Shown here: positions 39,754 to 50,763 of the stretch, in pieces
How positions within the stretch are numbered: the first letter of the stretch is position 1
How the letters are laid out: each line of letters starts with the position of its first letter
Assembly (NCBI GenBank): GCA_944371315.1
Contig: CALVXN010000001.1
Span: 2,838 to 66,837, forward strand
Reading direction: 5' to 3'
Length of the DNA: 64,000 bases
Source of the DNA: an uncultured Bacilli bacterium
Lineage (GTDB): Bacteria > Bacillota_I > Bacilli_A > RF39 > UBA660
Notes under the pieces: model-generated
Seen by the model: the letters and a program-made list of their open reading frames with translations, nothing else
Databases searched by the model: none
Told to the model about the DNA's origin: nothing
Position numbers and translations under genes: made by a program

Positions 39754-40208
39754 ATTCTAGCTTTTGCATATTGTTTAAGACGATATATATAAATATAATC
39801 TCTTTTAGAATCCGTTAAAAAACTATAAACAGATTCCCAAATTGAAAGCCAACCTAGAATTAAAATAATTTCTTTAATAATATTAACAAAGGAAAAATAA
39901 TATATAATAATTAAAACTATTCCTATTAAAAAAAGGATAGTTTTTTTAAATTTAGATTTTTTATAATAATAAAGTTCATCTTGAACTTTTAAACCAAAGG
40001 TTCTTCTAATAGTATCAATCATTTTATTTTTTTCATTATTAGTTAATTTTAATTTAGTATAAATATTAATAACTATTTTATTTTTATAATCATCACCATA
40101 ACATGCATCAAATAAATAACTGCGCAACTCAGGATTTAAAATATAATTAGAATATTTACAATAAAAATCCTCTTTCTTTTTTAAATTTAATTTAATTATT
40201 GTTTGCAC
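39711..40208 (-). CDS. Hypothetical protein with a C-terminal 2-TM segment, 165 aa
   Basis: Intact ORF convergent with the Coat-F pair; hydrophobic IGIVLIIIYYFSFVNIIKEIILILGWL. Confidence 0.4.
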   Translation of the reverse strand: MQTIIKLNLKKKEDFYCKYSNYILNPELRSYLFDACYGDDYKNKIVINIYTKLKLTNNEKNKMIDTIRRTFGLKVQDELYYYKKSKFKKTILFLIGIVLIIIYYFSFVNIIKEIILILGWLSIWESVYSFLTDSKRDYIYIYRLKQYAKARIYFVDSSDEEEFKS

Positions 40209-40325
40209 ACTAAAACTCCTTTTTAATATTGCTAAATTTTTATTATTTATTATATATTATCATAAAATTTATAAATTTAAAATAAAAAGCAAACCCATTT
40301 TTGTGTTTACTTTTATCCTTTTGAT

Positions 40326-41846
40326 TTATTCAATTAAGCCACTTATATCACTTATTTTTTCTTCTAAATTATTAATTTTATCTTCAAGGTCGTTAATTAT
40401 TACATCTTTTTCATAAATTTCCTCTTCAAGTTCATAAACTCTATTTTCATAATATTCAAATTTGTTATATTCTTCTTCTTTATCTTTATAATATTTTTCT
40501 AAATTGTTTTTAATAATATTTATATTTTTTTCTGATGTTTCAATTTTCACATCCATATTCATTAATAAATTATAATTGTATAATTTTTTCTTTTTCAAAT
40601 CATTTTTTATTAAATCAATATAATTTAAAGTTTTATCAAAAGAAACATATTTATAAATACCTAAAAAATTATTATTTAAGTCTATATTAACATTTAAATA
40701 GTCATCGTAATAATTAACAACAATATTTACATCATCTTTTAGATCATTATTTATTACATAATTAGTATTAAAATAATCAAAAAAAACTAAATCATCTCGC
40801 ATTTTAAATGTATATTCATAAGTATCTGCTGAAACACTAGTAGGTAATTCATCTTTATAATCAACTTTAGATATTTCATAAGTTGATATACCTATTCCTA
40901 CACCTAAGGTAATTAAAGAACCTAAAAAAATTAAAAACATTCTTTTGTTAATTAAATTGGCATTTAAAAGAATTTTTATAAGTAATTCTATAATTACCAG
41001 CAAAAATAATACCGCACCTAGTAAAGCTATAAAAATGCCAATAAAATGAATTCCAATAAATTGCATTATTAAAGTTAATGTAGTAATTATAACTAATATT
41101 ATAAATGAAATAATAATAGGTAATAAAATCAAAATTATACACATTTTTAAAAATATATTAAATATTTTAGCTAAAATATCAAATAAGAAAAAGTTATGTT
41201 TTTCTTTTTTATTATTTAAAATGAGATCATTATTATCTTCAGTAAATTTTACATTATTATCATTATCATCTTTAATTTTAATACCTTCACTTCTATTAAA
41301 TTTATCTAAAAATCTTATTTTATAAACATAAACAAAAATTGCAATAAATAAAATTAAATAAATTGTATTAGAAATAAAATACCAAATACTAGATAAAATA
41401 TCATACGTTTTTGAAGAAAAATTAATAAATATTTTAATAATAGAATTATTTATAAAATTAAATGGTATTTTAAAAATGAGTAAAATTATAAATAAAATAA
41501 ATAATTCAATAATACATTTTCCTTTTTCTTTAGATGTCATACTTTTAAACATTTCAAAACTTTTATTTATTATATCTAAAATAGAATAAAATAAATTACT
41601 AAAATTATTTTTAGATCTTTCTTTAATATTTTTATCAGTTACATTGTCATTAGTTAAATCATCTAAAGTAACGTTAAATATTTTACACAAGCTTAATAAT
41701 TTATCCATTTCAGGATAAGTAGTTCCAGATTCCCATTTAGAAACGGATTGCCGAGAAACCTCTAACAAATCTGCCAATTGTTCTTGAGAATACCCTCTGT
41801 CTTTTCTTAATTTTTGTAGTTTTTCACAAAACTTCATTTTTATCAC
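40326..41846 (-). CDS. Membrane-bound XRE-family regulator: N-terminal HTH, about 4 TM helices and an extracytoplasmic coiled-coil C-terminus
   Basis: HTH_3 at the N-terminus (LRKDRGYSQEQLADLLEVSRQSVSKWE); several TM helices; C-terminal heptad-like EEEIYEKDVIINDLEDKINNLEEKI. Confidence 0.6.
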   Translation of the reverse strand: MIKMKFCEKLQKLRKDRGYSQEQLADLLEVSRQSVSKWESGTTYPEMDKLLSLCKIFNVTLDDLTNDNVTDKNIKERSKNNFSNLFYSILDIINKSFEMFKSMTSKEKGKCIIELFILFIILLIFKIPFNFINNSIIKIFINFSSKTYDILSSIWYFISNTIYLILFIAIFVYVYKIRFLDKFNRSEGIKIKDDNDNNVKFTEDNNDLILNNKKEKHNFFLFDILAKIFNIFLKMCIILILLPIIISFIILVIITTLTLIMQFIGIHFIGIFIALLGAVLFLLVIIELLIKILLNANLINKRMFLIFLGSLITLGVGIGISTYEISKVDYKDELPTSVSADTYEYTFKMRDDLVFFDYFNTNYVINNDLKDDVNIVVNYYDDYLNVNIDLNNNFLGIYKYVSFDKTLNYIDLIKNDLKKKKLYNYNLLMNMDVKIETSEKNINIIKNNLEKYYKDKEEEYNKFEYYENRVYELEEEIYEKDVIINDLEDKINNLEEKISDISGLIE

Positions 41847-41880
41847 CTCGAATAAATTTTATTAAATAAATAATAAAGTA

Positions 41881-42140
41881 ACTACCAACTTTTAGTTGTT
41901 TTTTGTTAAATTTAAGTTGCATATACTGTTTTGCAACTTAGTTGCATATTTTTTAAAGACCAATTATTTTAATTAACATAATTATAACAATTATAGTAAT
42001 CAATACAAATATAACATATAAAATAACTTTTAACCATGTAATAAAATTATCTAACAATTTAACCACCTAAATAAATAATAAAAAAATTGGTTAAAAAATC
42101 TACCAACTCTTAGTTTCTTAAGGTAAGTTTTAAGTTGCAT
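41881..42140. promoter_or_regulatory. Intergenic repeat motifs: probable promoter/operator region between the GntR-ABC operon and the XRE-membrane gene
   Basis: Palindrome AAGTTGCA-N10-TGCAACTT (41917-41940), AGTTGCAT occurring 3 times, and direct repeat CTACCAACT(T/C)TTAGTT at 41882 and 42100. Confidence 0.4.
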
Positions 42141-42143
42141 AAC

Positions 42144-42500
42144 CTACAGATTCAACTTATTTAATATATCTTTTTTATTTAAACCAATTTTTTGTAATTC
42201 TTTTATTTTATTATTTATTACATTTATAGTATCATCTATTTTTTTATTTTTTACTTTAGTAACATCATCTACAATAAATGTTCCTTTAGTTGATTTAGAT
42301 ATAATAACATTTAATTGTTCTAAAATATCATAAGCTTTTTTTACAGTATTAGGATTTACACTTAAATTACAAGCTAAATCTCTAATTGAAGGAATTTGAC
42401 TACCTGGAGACAAAATATCTAAAGCAACAAGTTTTTCTATTTCACTAACTATTTGCTCATAAATAGGTATTCTACTTTGGTAATCAATATTAATATTCAT
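42144..42500 (-). CDS. GntR-family (YtrA-like, short) transcriptional regulator
   Basis: Winged HTH (IPSIRDLACNLSVNPNTVKKAYDILE), 118 aa; last gene of the ABC operon. Confidence 0.65.
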   Translation of the reverse strand: MNINIDYQSRIPIYEQIVSEIEKLVALDILSPGSQIPSIRDLACNLSVNPNTVKKAYDILEQLNVIISKSTKGTFIVDDVTKVKNKKIDDTINVINNKIKELQKIGLNKKDILNKLNL

Positions 42501-44296
42501 TCCTTAAACACTCCATAATCTCCATACTCCTTCAATAGTATTTTTGAATCTATAATATAGTTGCATGAACCACTAGAAAATATTATAGCATAATCTTGAA
42601 TTTTATCATACTTATGGTTATCTAAAAAAGTTAAAAAATTACTTTTATTGCCATTAATATAGTCTAAAAACTCAATTTTAATATTACTACAAAATATATC
42701 ATTATCATTATTAAAATTAGTAACAAAATCTTCATTAACATATTTTTTAACATAATTTAAAAGATCTTTATTTTTACCAACATTTATTGTCATTTTTTTT
42801 AATGAATGATTTTCATATTTATAAACATTTAAGTAAAACGATGTATAACTGTCTTCTTTATAAGTATCAATATGACTAATAACATTATTTAAAAAATTAT
42901 CATTTAATGGAATATTTATATAATTATTAGAATCAGCAGTAATAAATATAATATTTTTATTAGTAACTTTTTCATTTAATTTATTATTATTAATATATTT
43001 TTTTAATTCCTGAAAAGTATAATTATTTATATAATAATTTTTATAATAATTATTATCAATATAAACAACAACATTATTTTGACTATCAGAAACATTATTA
43101 TCTTTTATTATTTTTTTAATTATATCTTGGTTATTTAATAAAACTTTAGAACTAACATTTAAAATGTTATCATAATATTCAATTATTATTTCTGAAGGAA
43201 TATCAATTATTTTATTATTATTTTTATAATAATAATTAATTGCAAAATAACTACAAAAAATAACAACAGAAACTACCATAAATTCAAACAAAGTTTTTAT
43301 TGGATTAATAAATTCTTTTTTCATTATTAAATCAAATACAAAATAATAACCTAAGCAAATAATAATACTAATCATTAAAAAACTAATACTATCCATAAAC
43401 ATCATAAAACATATAAATGAAATAGGCAAATAAGTTATAAATTTTAACAATTTATAAGCATAAACATTTTGAATTGAAGATTCAGAATATTCCATTTTAT
43501 GATTCTTAAAAGCATAATAGCTTAAAATTAAATAAATAACATTTAAACAAATAGTTTTTAATAAACTTTGATTTTTATACCCATAAACATAATAATTTAT
43601 TAATGAATTTAAATTGTTTGAATAATAATGTTTAATTTCATAATAATATTCATTATCATTATTACCTAAATTTACTTCATTAGGCATACACGATGAATCA
43701 TTACATCTTATTAAAACTTTTTCATTTCTATATTTAAAATTGTAATTAATTAAGGTAATACAAGGATAAATTAACAGTATTATAAGATATACAAGAATAA
43801 ATGAACTCCAATTATGTGATAAACATAAAGCCAAAGAAGAAACTAGAAAAACAAAGAAATAAGTTATTAACCAATAAACAAAATAATCAAGTAGGACTTC
43901 AAAAGGAATAAATATTTTAGTAAACAAAGATAATAAATATAATCCCAAAGTATTTAACAGAATAATAAAAATAATAATAATAAATCCTCCTAAAACATTA
44001 GTAAAAAATATTTTTTTTCTACTAATAGGTTTAGAAATTACAAAATCAATAACATTTTTTTTAAGTAAAAAACCAAACAAGATATAAGATAAAATTAAAG
44101 GAAAAATAAAAGCTATAATGGATGTAATCTTACTAATCTCAATAAAATCCAAAACATAATTATTTTTAAATAAATTAAGGTATATCATCCAAATATTAAT
44201 AAAAGGAATGATACAACATAAAAATATTAATAATACTTTCGATTTTTTAAAGTTTTGATACAAAAAATTAAAATTAAATAACATTTTTAAATTCAT
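42497..44296 (-). CDS. ABC-2 type polytopic permease, 599 aa
   Basis: At least 8 TM helices in the N-terminal half plus a large Asn/Tyr-rich C-terminal extracytoplasmic region; overlaps the ATPase gene. Confidence 0.5.
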   Translation of the reverse strand: MNLKMLFNFNFLYQNFKKSKVLLIFLCCIIPFINIWMIYLNLFKNNYVLDFIEISKITSIIAFIFPLILSYILFGFLLKKNVIDFVISKPISRKKIFFTNVLGGFIIIIFIILLNTLGLYLLSLFTKIFIPFEVLLDYFVYWLITYFFVFLVSSLALCLSHNWSSFILVYLIILLIYPCITLINYNFKYRNEKVLIRCNDSSCMPNEVNLGNNDNEYYYEIKHYYSNNLNSLINYYVYGYKNQSLLKTICLNVIYLILSYYAFKNHKMEYSESSIQNVYAYKLLKFITYLPISFICFMMFMDSISFLMISIIICLGYYFVFDLIMKKEFINPIKTLFEFMVVSVVIFCSYFAINYYYKNNNKIIDIPSEIIIEYYDNILNVSSKVLLNNQDIIKKIIKDNNVSDSQNNVVVYIDNNYYKNYYINNYTFQELKKYINNNKLNEKVTNKNIIFITADSNNYINIPLNDNFLNNVISHIDTYKEDSYTSFYLNVYKYENHSLKKMTINVGKNKDLLNYVKKYVNEDFVTNFNNDNDIFCSNIKIEFLDYINGNKSNFLTFLDNHKYDKIQDYAIIFSSGSCNYIIDSKILLKEYGDYGVFKE

Positions 44297-45170
44297 AACC
44301 CAATGCCTCCATTTGATAAATAAATATCTCTTCTAAAGTTAAAGGTAAAAATTCAATAAATATTGAATCTAAACTATTTAAATATTTTTTTGCTTTTTTA
44401 CTATCTTTAACAATTAAGGTAATTACTTTACCTACTTTTTTATAAGATAAAATATTTAATTTTGAAAATGCATCTTTATCAAATTCATTTTTTAAAGATA
44501 TTTGAACTTTACATATATCACTTTTCAAGCTGTTTATGTCACTTTCAAAAAAAATTTTAGAATCATGTATTAAACCTAAATTATCACAAATATCTTCAAG
44601 TTCTCTTAAATTATGAGAAGTCATAATAATCGTAGTATCCTGCTTTGCCATTTGATTAATTATTAGTTTTTTAAAATAATTTCTGATAATTGGATCAATA
44701 CCATCAAACGTTTCGTCAAAAAACATGTATTTTACATTCGTAGCTAATGCACATATAATTGCACACTGACGTTTCATGCCTTTAGAAAAAGAACTAATAT
44801 TTTTATTTATATCTAATTTTAGATTATTAGCAAGTTCATAAACAAAAGACATATCAAAATTATTATACATGCTTTTATAAAAAGAAGCTAAATCCTTCAA
44901 AGTATATCCAGAATAAAAATATAAATCATCTGGAACAAATACCATTTCTTTTTTTATTTTTTCATTATCATAGACATTTACATTATCAACTAATACTTTT
45001 CCATTATCAGGTTTATAAATGCTAGTAATTATTCTAAGCAAAGTTGATTTACCTGACCCATTTGTTCCTACCAAACCATAAATAATATTATCAGGTATAT
45101 TACAACTTAAATTCATCAAAACATCTTTTTTTCCATTAAAACTTTTACTAATGTTTTTTATTTCAATCAT
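44274..45170 (-). CDS. ABC transporter ATP-binding protein
   Basis: Walker A GTNGSGKST, signature FSKGMKRQ, Walker B MFFDETFDGIDP. Confidence 0.8.
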   Translation of the reverse strand: MIEIKNISKSFNGKKDVLMNLSCNIPDNIIYGLVGTNGSGKSTLLRIITSIYKPDNGKVLVDNVNVYDNEKIKKEMVFVPDDLYFYSGYTLKDLASFYKSMYNNFDMSFVYELANNLKLDINKNISSFSKGMKRQCAIICALATNVKYMFFDETFDGIDPIIRNYFKKLIINQMAKQDTTIIMTSHNLRELEDICDNLGLIHDSKIFFESDINSLKSDICKVQISLKNEFDKDAFSKLNILSYKKVGKVITLIVKDSKKAKKYLNSLDSIFIEFLPLTLEEIFIYQMEALGYEFKNVI

Positions 45171-45240
45171 AAATCCTCCGTTGTATTATTTGTAATAATA
45201 CAATTAAAATATATCATAAAATGAAATTTATGACAATAAA

Positions 45241-45270
45241 AAAATGTAAAAAATATTTTTTACATTTTCC
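45241..45270 (-). terminator. Intrinsic terminator overlapping the SDR gene end
   Basis: Palindrome AAATGTAAAAAATATTTTTTACATTT followed by a T-run on the minus strand. Confidence 0.5.
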
Positions 45271-46018
45271 CTAATTTTCTGCCTTGAATATGATAAGCAA
45301 TTAATAACTGTAATCTATATGGAATAAATCTTGAAAAAAACAAAGTCAATTTCATTTTAAAAGTTGGAATTATTATCATTTTTCTTTTAAACATTTTATC
45401 TATTCCATACTTAGCAACATATTTCGGAGAAATTTCTTTTATAGAAAATTCTCCTTTTGCTACTTTATTAAAATTAGTATTAACAGGTCCAGGACATAAC
45501 GCAGAGACAGAAACTTTACTTTTAATATGACGTAATTCTTCATTAATTGCCATCGTAAGCTTTGTAACATAATTTTTCGTTGCATAATAAGTGCTTAATC
45601 TAGGACCAGCCATAAACCCTGCACTAGAACAAACATTTAAAATATATCCTGAATCTTTTTTTATAAAATCTTGTAAAAATAACTTAGTTAAAATATGATA
45701 AGTTTTTATATTCAAATTAATCATTTCTAATTCTCTATTTAAATCTGTTTTATCAAAAGTTCCAAACAAACCAAAGCCAGCATTATTGATTAATATATCA
45801 ATATCATCATTTTTAACTAATTCATATAACTTAAATACATTTTTTTCATCAATTAAATCTAAAGAAATAATTTTTACATCAACACTAACATCATCTTTTA
45901 TTTCATTTAATTTTTCTTTATTTCTTGCCACCAATATTAAATCAATATTTAATTTTGCTAAATAATAAGCCATTTCTAATCCAATACCACTTGATGCACC
46001 AGTTATTAAAGCTTTCAT
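45260..46018 (-). CDS. Short-chain dehydrogenase/reductase
   Basis: TGASSGIG Rossmann motif, NNAG, catalytic S..YxxxK (YYATK). Confidence 0.75.
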   Translation of the reverse strand: MKALITGASSGIGLEMAYYLAKLNIDLILVARNKEKLNEIKDDVSVDVKIISLDLIDEKNVFKLYELVKNDDIDILINNAGFGLFGTFDKTDLNRELEMINLNIKTYHILTKLFLQDFIKKDSGYILNVCSSAGFMAGPRLSTYYATKNYVTKLTMAINEELRHIKSKVSVSALCPGPVNTNFNKVAKGEFSIKEISPKYVAKYGIDKMFKRKMIIIPTFKMKLTLFFSRFIPYRLQLLIAYHIQGRKLGKM

Positions 46019-47634
46019 TAATCACCTTCTAATACACTAATTATATTTGGTTGTATTTGTTTTTTTCTAGATACAATTTTTGGTAAAAACATACCTTGAT
46101 AAATATCATCTAATCCAAAACTATCTTTAATAATATCAATAGATTTATCATTATAAATTACATAAGACCCATTTTTTAGTATATCAGTTATAAAAATAAC
46201 TACAACACTATAACTAGCCTCAACCATTTCATTTAAAATTCTAATATATTCATTTATATTCTCTTTTATAGTATCAAAGTCCATAGTCATTATTTGACTT
46301 ATTCCTAAAACTTTATTACCAACAACATATGATTTAAAATCAGTTTTTATTAATTCTGGAATAGATTTTCCTTCAATAGAACTTGCTGCCTTTAACATTT
46401 CAAGTCCATATTTATCTATATCCACTTTTGCTAGTTTAGCAAGCTTTATAGCAACAAATTTATCATCTTCAGTAGTAGTTGGACTAGTTAAAAGTAAAGT
46501 ATCAGATATTATCGCAGATAACATTAACCCAGCAATATTACGTGGAATAGGAACTTTATTTTTTACAAACTTTTCATAAATAATTGTTGCTGTGCATCCA
46601 ACAGGCTTAGATTGAAAATTAATAGGAACTTTTGTCCCAATAGTTCCAAGATTATGATGATCAATTATTTCTAATATCTCTGCTTCTTCGATTCCATCAA
46701 CAGATTGAGCTAAATTATTATGATCTACTAAAATTACTTTTTGTTTTTCATAATCATTTGGACCAGTTAATCTAATTAAACCTAAACACTCATTTTTATT
46801 ATTAACTATTGGATAATTAGTATGATTAATCTTATGAGTCATTGTTTTAAAATCTTCATAGTAATCATCATTATTAATTGTTACAGGATTTTTATTAACA
46901 TTTATGCTTTTTATATAATTACTTAATAAAATTTTACTAGCTATTTGGAAACTATCAAATTCAGAAGCAATAATGTTTATCTTATTTTTTTCTGCTTTTT
47001 TTATTAACCTTTTTTCTATATTAATATTTAAAGGAAGAATAATTAATTTAACTTTAGAATTAATTGCATATTCCAAAACTTTATGTCTATCCCCAACTAT
47101 TAATATATCTTTTTCAGATAATTCAATTTCCTTTTGTATAGTTTTACTTTGCAAACCAGCAATTAAAATATCACCACTAATATAATCATCAAATTTTGTA
47201 ATAACTTTAGCATTCAATGTATCAATTATATTATCAAATTTTGTGTGAACTATTTCTTTATTGCCATTAATAAGATATCTTGCAATTTCTTTTAATGTAA
47301 CATAACCTGTTAATTTCTTTTTTTCATCTATTAAAGGAATAGCAGTAATATTTTGTTTTTGCATCAATTTAAAAGCAGAATCAATTGAAGCATTTTCATT
47401 AATATAAGCTTTTTTATCATATTTTATATTTTTTATTCTAACTCGAACATCATTTAAATAACTAGGAACAGGTTCATTAAAATAATTTAAAACAAATTTT
47501 GTTTCATTATTAATATTACCTAAAACTTTAGGAACAGTTTTAGCTCCCAAAGCATTTTTCAAATATGATAATGCAATACTAGAACACACAGTATCAGTAT
47601 CTGGATTTTTATGTCCAAAAATAAATATAGCCAT
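46018..47634 (-). CDS. ppaC: CBS-domain-containing family II (DHH/DHHA2) inorganic pyrophosphatase
   Basis: DHH N-terminus (IFIFGHKNPDTDTVCSS), CBS pair insertion, DHHA2 C-terminus (VDHNN...DHHNLG..); start taken at MAIFIFGH (track ORF starts 15 nt upstream). Confidence 0.65.
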   Translation of the reverse strand: MAIFIFGHKNPDTDTVCSSIALSYLKNALGAKTVPKVLGNINNETKFVLNYFNEPVPSYLNDVRVRIKNIKYDKKAYINENASIDSAFKLMQKQNITAIPLIDEKKKLTGYVTLKEIARYLINGNKEIVHTKFDNIIDTLNAKVITKFDDYISGDILIAGLQSKTIQKEIELSEKDILIVGDRHKVLEYAINSKVKLIILPLNINIEKRLIKKAEKNKINIIASEFDSFQIASKILLSNYIKSINVNKNPVTINNDDYYEDFKTMTHKINHTNYPIVNNKNECLGLIRLTGPNDYEKQKVILVDHNNLAQSVDGIEEAEILEIIDHHNLGTIGTKVPINFQSKPVGCTATIIYEKFVKNKVPIPRNIAGLMLSAIISDTLLLTSPTTTEDDKFVAIKLAKLAKVDIDKYGLEMLKAASSIEGKSIPELIKTDFKSYVVGNKVLGISQIMTMDFDTIKENINEYIRILNEMVEASYSVVVIFITDILKNGSYVIYNDKSIDIIKDSFGLDDIYQGMFLPKIVSRKKQIQPNIISVLEGD

Positions 47635-47680
47635 AAGACACCTCTTCACGTTTTAGATTTTAACATAATATCTTATTTTT

Positions 47681-49624
47681 TTAAATACCTTTTAATTCAA
47701 ACAATATATCTCTAAGTTCCATAGCTCTTTCAAAATCCATTTTACTTGCAGCTTCCTTCATTTCTTCTTCAATTTGTAAAATCATCTTTTGTTTATCTTT
47801 AGCACTCATCTTCTTTTTCTTTTCTTCTTTTATTTCATTAGACACAACATCTTTTATTTCTTTAATTATAGTTTTTGGAATAATATTATGTTCTTTATTA
47901 TAATGTTCTTGTATTTCTCTTCTTCTTTTAGTTTCTGCTATTGCTTCTTTCATAGCATCACTAATAGTATCAGCATACATTATAACTTTACCAGATGAAT
48001 TTCTAGCACATCTACCAATAGTTTGGATTAAACTTCTACTACTACGTAAAAATCCTTGTTTATCAGCATCTAAAATACATATTAAGCTTACTTCGGGAAT
48101 ATCTAAACCTTCTCTTAAAAGATTAATTCCAACTACACAATCATATATACCTTTTCTTAAATCATGAATAATTTTTAATCTTTCCAAAGTTTTAATTTCA
48201 CTATGTAAATATGCAACTTTTATATTTAATTCTTTTAAATAATTTGTTAGTTCCTCACTCATTCGTATAGTAAGAGTAGTTATTAAAACACGTTCATTTT
48301 TATCAATTCTATCTCTTATTTCATTTATTATATCATCAATTTGACCTTCAGTAGGACGAACTTCAATTAAAGGATCAAGTAAACCAGTTGGTCTTATTAT
48401 TTGTTCTACAAATTTACCATCAGTTTTTTCTAATTCATAATCCCCTGGAGTTGCAGAAACGTATATAGCTTGATTAATATGTTCTTCAAATTCACTAAAA
48501 GTTAAAGGCCTATTATCAAGGGCACTTGGCAAACGAAAACCATAATCAACTAATGTTTGTTTACGCATTCTATCTCCATTATACATACCTCTAACTTGAG
48601 GCAATGTAACATGAGATTCATCAACAACTAATAAAAAATCTTTAGGGAAAAAGTCAATCAAACAGCTTGGAGTTTCTCCTTCATCTCGTAATGCTAAATG
48701 TCTAGAATAGTTTTCTACACCATTACAAAATCCTGTTTCACGTAACATTTCAATATCATAATTTGTTCTTTCTCTAAGGCGTTGTTCTTCAATTAATTTA
48801 TTTTCATTTTTTAATTCTGCTAATCTATTTTTTAATTCTTCTTCAATTCTAGTAATAGCTATTTCCAACTTATCTTTACTAGTCACAAAGTGTGATGCAG
48901 GAGAAATAGTTATACTTTTTTTATTATTAGTTACTACACCAGTCAAAGGATCAAAAATAGCTATAGATTCAATTTTGTCATCATCTAAAGATATTCTTAT
49001 TCCACTAACCTTTTCATTTACAGGAATTATATCTATATTATTCCCTCTAACACGAAAAGTCCCTCTATGAAAATCCAAATCACTTCTTTCATAAGTCATA
49101 TCAATTAATCTATTTAATATTTTATTACGAGTAATACTATCTCCAACAGTTAAAATAAGCATATTTTTTTCATATTCGGACTTTTCGCCAATACCATAAA
49201 TACAAGATACAGAAGCAACAACTATTACATCTTTGTAATTTATTAAAGCACTTGTCGCTGCGTGCCTTAATTCATCTATCTCATCATTTATTGATGCATC
49301 TTTTTCAATATATGTATCACTACTAGGAACATATGCTTCAGGTTGATAATAATCATAATAAGATACAAAATACTCAACATGATTTTCGGGAAAAAACTCT
49401 TTTAATTCTGCATAAAGTTGCCCAGCTAAAGTTTTATTATGTGCTAAAACTAACGTAGGTTTATTTACTTCTTTAATTACATTAGCAATAGTAAATGTTT
49501 TACCTGTTCCAGTTGCTCCCAATAATACTTGTTCTTTTACACCATTATTAATTCCTTCAACTAACTTATTAATAGCATCTGGTTGGTCCCCACTCGGTTT
49601 AAATTTTGATACTAACTTAAACAT
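47681..49624 (-). CDS. uvrB: Excinuclease ABC subunit B
   Basis: Walker [13 protein letters not shown] helicase motifs, C-terminal UVR domain ([12 protein letters not shown]). Confidence 0.9.
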   Translation of the reverse strand: MFKLVSKFKPSGDQPDAINKLVEGINNGVKEQVLLGATGTGKTFTIANVIKEVNKPTLVLAHNKTLAGQLYAELKEFFPENHVEYFVSYYDYYQPEAYVPSSDTYIEKDASINDEIDELRHAATSALINYKDVIVVASVSCIYGIGEKSEYEKNMLILTVGDSITRNKILNRLIDMTYERSDLDFHRGTFRVRGNNIDIIPVNEKVSGIRISLDDDKIESIAIFDPLTGVVTNNKKSITISPASHFVTSKDKLEIAITRIEEELKNRLAELKNENKLIEEQRLRERTNYDIEMLRETGFCNGVENYSRHLALRDEGETPSCLIDFFPKDFLLVVDESHVTLPQVRGMYNGDRMRKQTLVDYGFRLPSALDNRPLTFSEFEEHINQAIYVSATPGDYELEKTDGKFVEQIIRPTGLLDPLIEVRPTEGQIDDIINEIRDRIDKNERVLITTLTIRMSEELTNYLKELNIKVAYLHSEIKTLERLKIIHDLRKGIYDCVVGINLLREGLDIPEVSLICILDADKQGFLRSSRSLIQTIGRCARNSSGKVIMYADTISDAMKEAIAETKRRREIQEHYNKEHNIIPKTIIKEIKDVVSNEIKEEKKKKMSAKDKQKMILQIEEEMKEAASKMDFERAMELRDILFELKGI

Positions 49625-49752
49625 AACTAACTCCCTTTCTTTACGTCAACATTTAATAAATATATAAAATACTTCAAATAATTTTTTATATAAAAAATAA
49701 ATCTTATTCTTATTATTAGTATTATTTATTTTAAAATACTATTATATTTTCA

Positions 49753-50247
49753 TCAATTTTTTTCATTTAATCTTTTCAAAACACAACTATTTGCCATTTT
49801 AAAATTAGTTAAACTCACTTCATCATCTGGAGTATAAAAAGTAGATAAAATATGTCTATTTAAGTTTTTTTCGTCATCTTCTAAATAAAGACCTAAACCA
49901 ATACTTTCTAATAATAGCTTTAAAAGAGTTAAACAAACTCTAGAATTTCCATCATAAAATGGCTGATACAAAAAAATAATAGCAATTAAACGTAGTGCAT
50001 TTAAAATAAATTCATCAGAATTTTTAATGCTTGTTAATAATCTTATATATCTTTGCATAACTTGCTCTATTTCTTTATATTCTAAATCATCTGGTTTATA
50101 TCTTAAAATTTCACCATCTTCACAATCATTAAATAAATGATAATGAATATTTTCTAATAGAGATATATCAAAATTATTAAGTAATATTAATAAACAATTA
50201 ATGTTCCTATACTTTTCCAAAAATTCACTATGTTTCATAACCCCCAC
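49753..50247 (-). CDS. Fic/Doc-fold protein with a degenerate active-site motif (Gln in place of the catalytic His)
   Basis: Motif QPFYDGNSRV in place of HPFx(D/E)GNGR; codon CAG confirmed on the minus strand. Confidence 0.55.
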   Translation of the reverse strand: MGVMKHSEFLEKYRNINCLLILLNNFDISLLENIHYHLFNDCEDGEILRYKPDDLEYKEIEQVMQRYIRLLTSIKNSDEFILNALRLIAIIFLYQPFYDGNSRVCLTLLKLLLESIGLGLYLEDDEKNLNRHILSTFYTPDDEVSLTNFKMANSCVLKRLNEKN

Positions 50248-50307
50248 CTAAACATATTATTGTATTTTTAAATCTTATTTTTTAAAAAATAAAATCACAT
50301 TAATAGA

Positions 50308-50688
50308 TTATAATATACTTTCTAAGAAAAATAAACCTTTCGGAACAAAAATAATTAAGCCAATAACTAAAGACGCAATAGCCATTACTAAAACTCCACC
50401 AGCAGCTACATCTTTTACAAATTTTGCTCTTGGATCTTTTTCTGGCATAGCAATATCAACCATTTGTTCAAATGCAGTATTAAACATTTCAGCACTTATT
50501 ACTATTGCAAAACAAATAATACAAACAAACCATTCTCCAACACTAATATTTAGTATTAATCCAAAGATAATTACTAGTGCCATTATATTAACATGAATCT
50601 TCATGTTTCTTTCAGATAATAATGCAGAGATAATTCCTTTAAAAGCATATTTAAAAGAATTTATTAATTTTTTATTTTTCATAAGCAA
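50308..50688 (-). CDS. dgkA: Diacylglycerol / undecaprenol kinase, small integral membrane DgkA family
   Basis: 126 aa, 3 TM helices, EMFNTAFEQMVD motif. Confidence 0.7.
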   Translation of the reverse strand: MLMKNKKLINSFKYAFKGIISALLSERNMKIHVNIMALVIIFGLILNISVGEWFVCIICFAIVISAEMFNTAFEQMVDIAMPEKDPRAKFVKDVAAGGVLVMAIASLVIGLIIFVPKGLFFLESIL

Positions 50689-50763
50689 TCACAAGTTTAT
50701 TTTAACATTAATAAAATTAAATAACAATCAATTATATATTTTTATTTAACTAACTTTTTTCTG

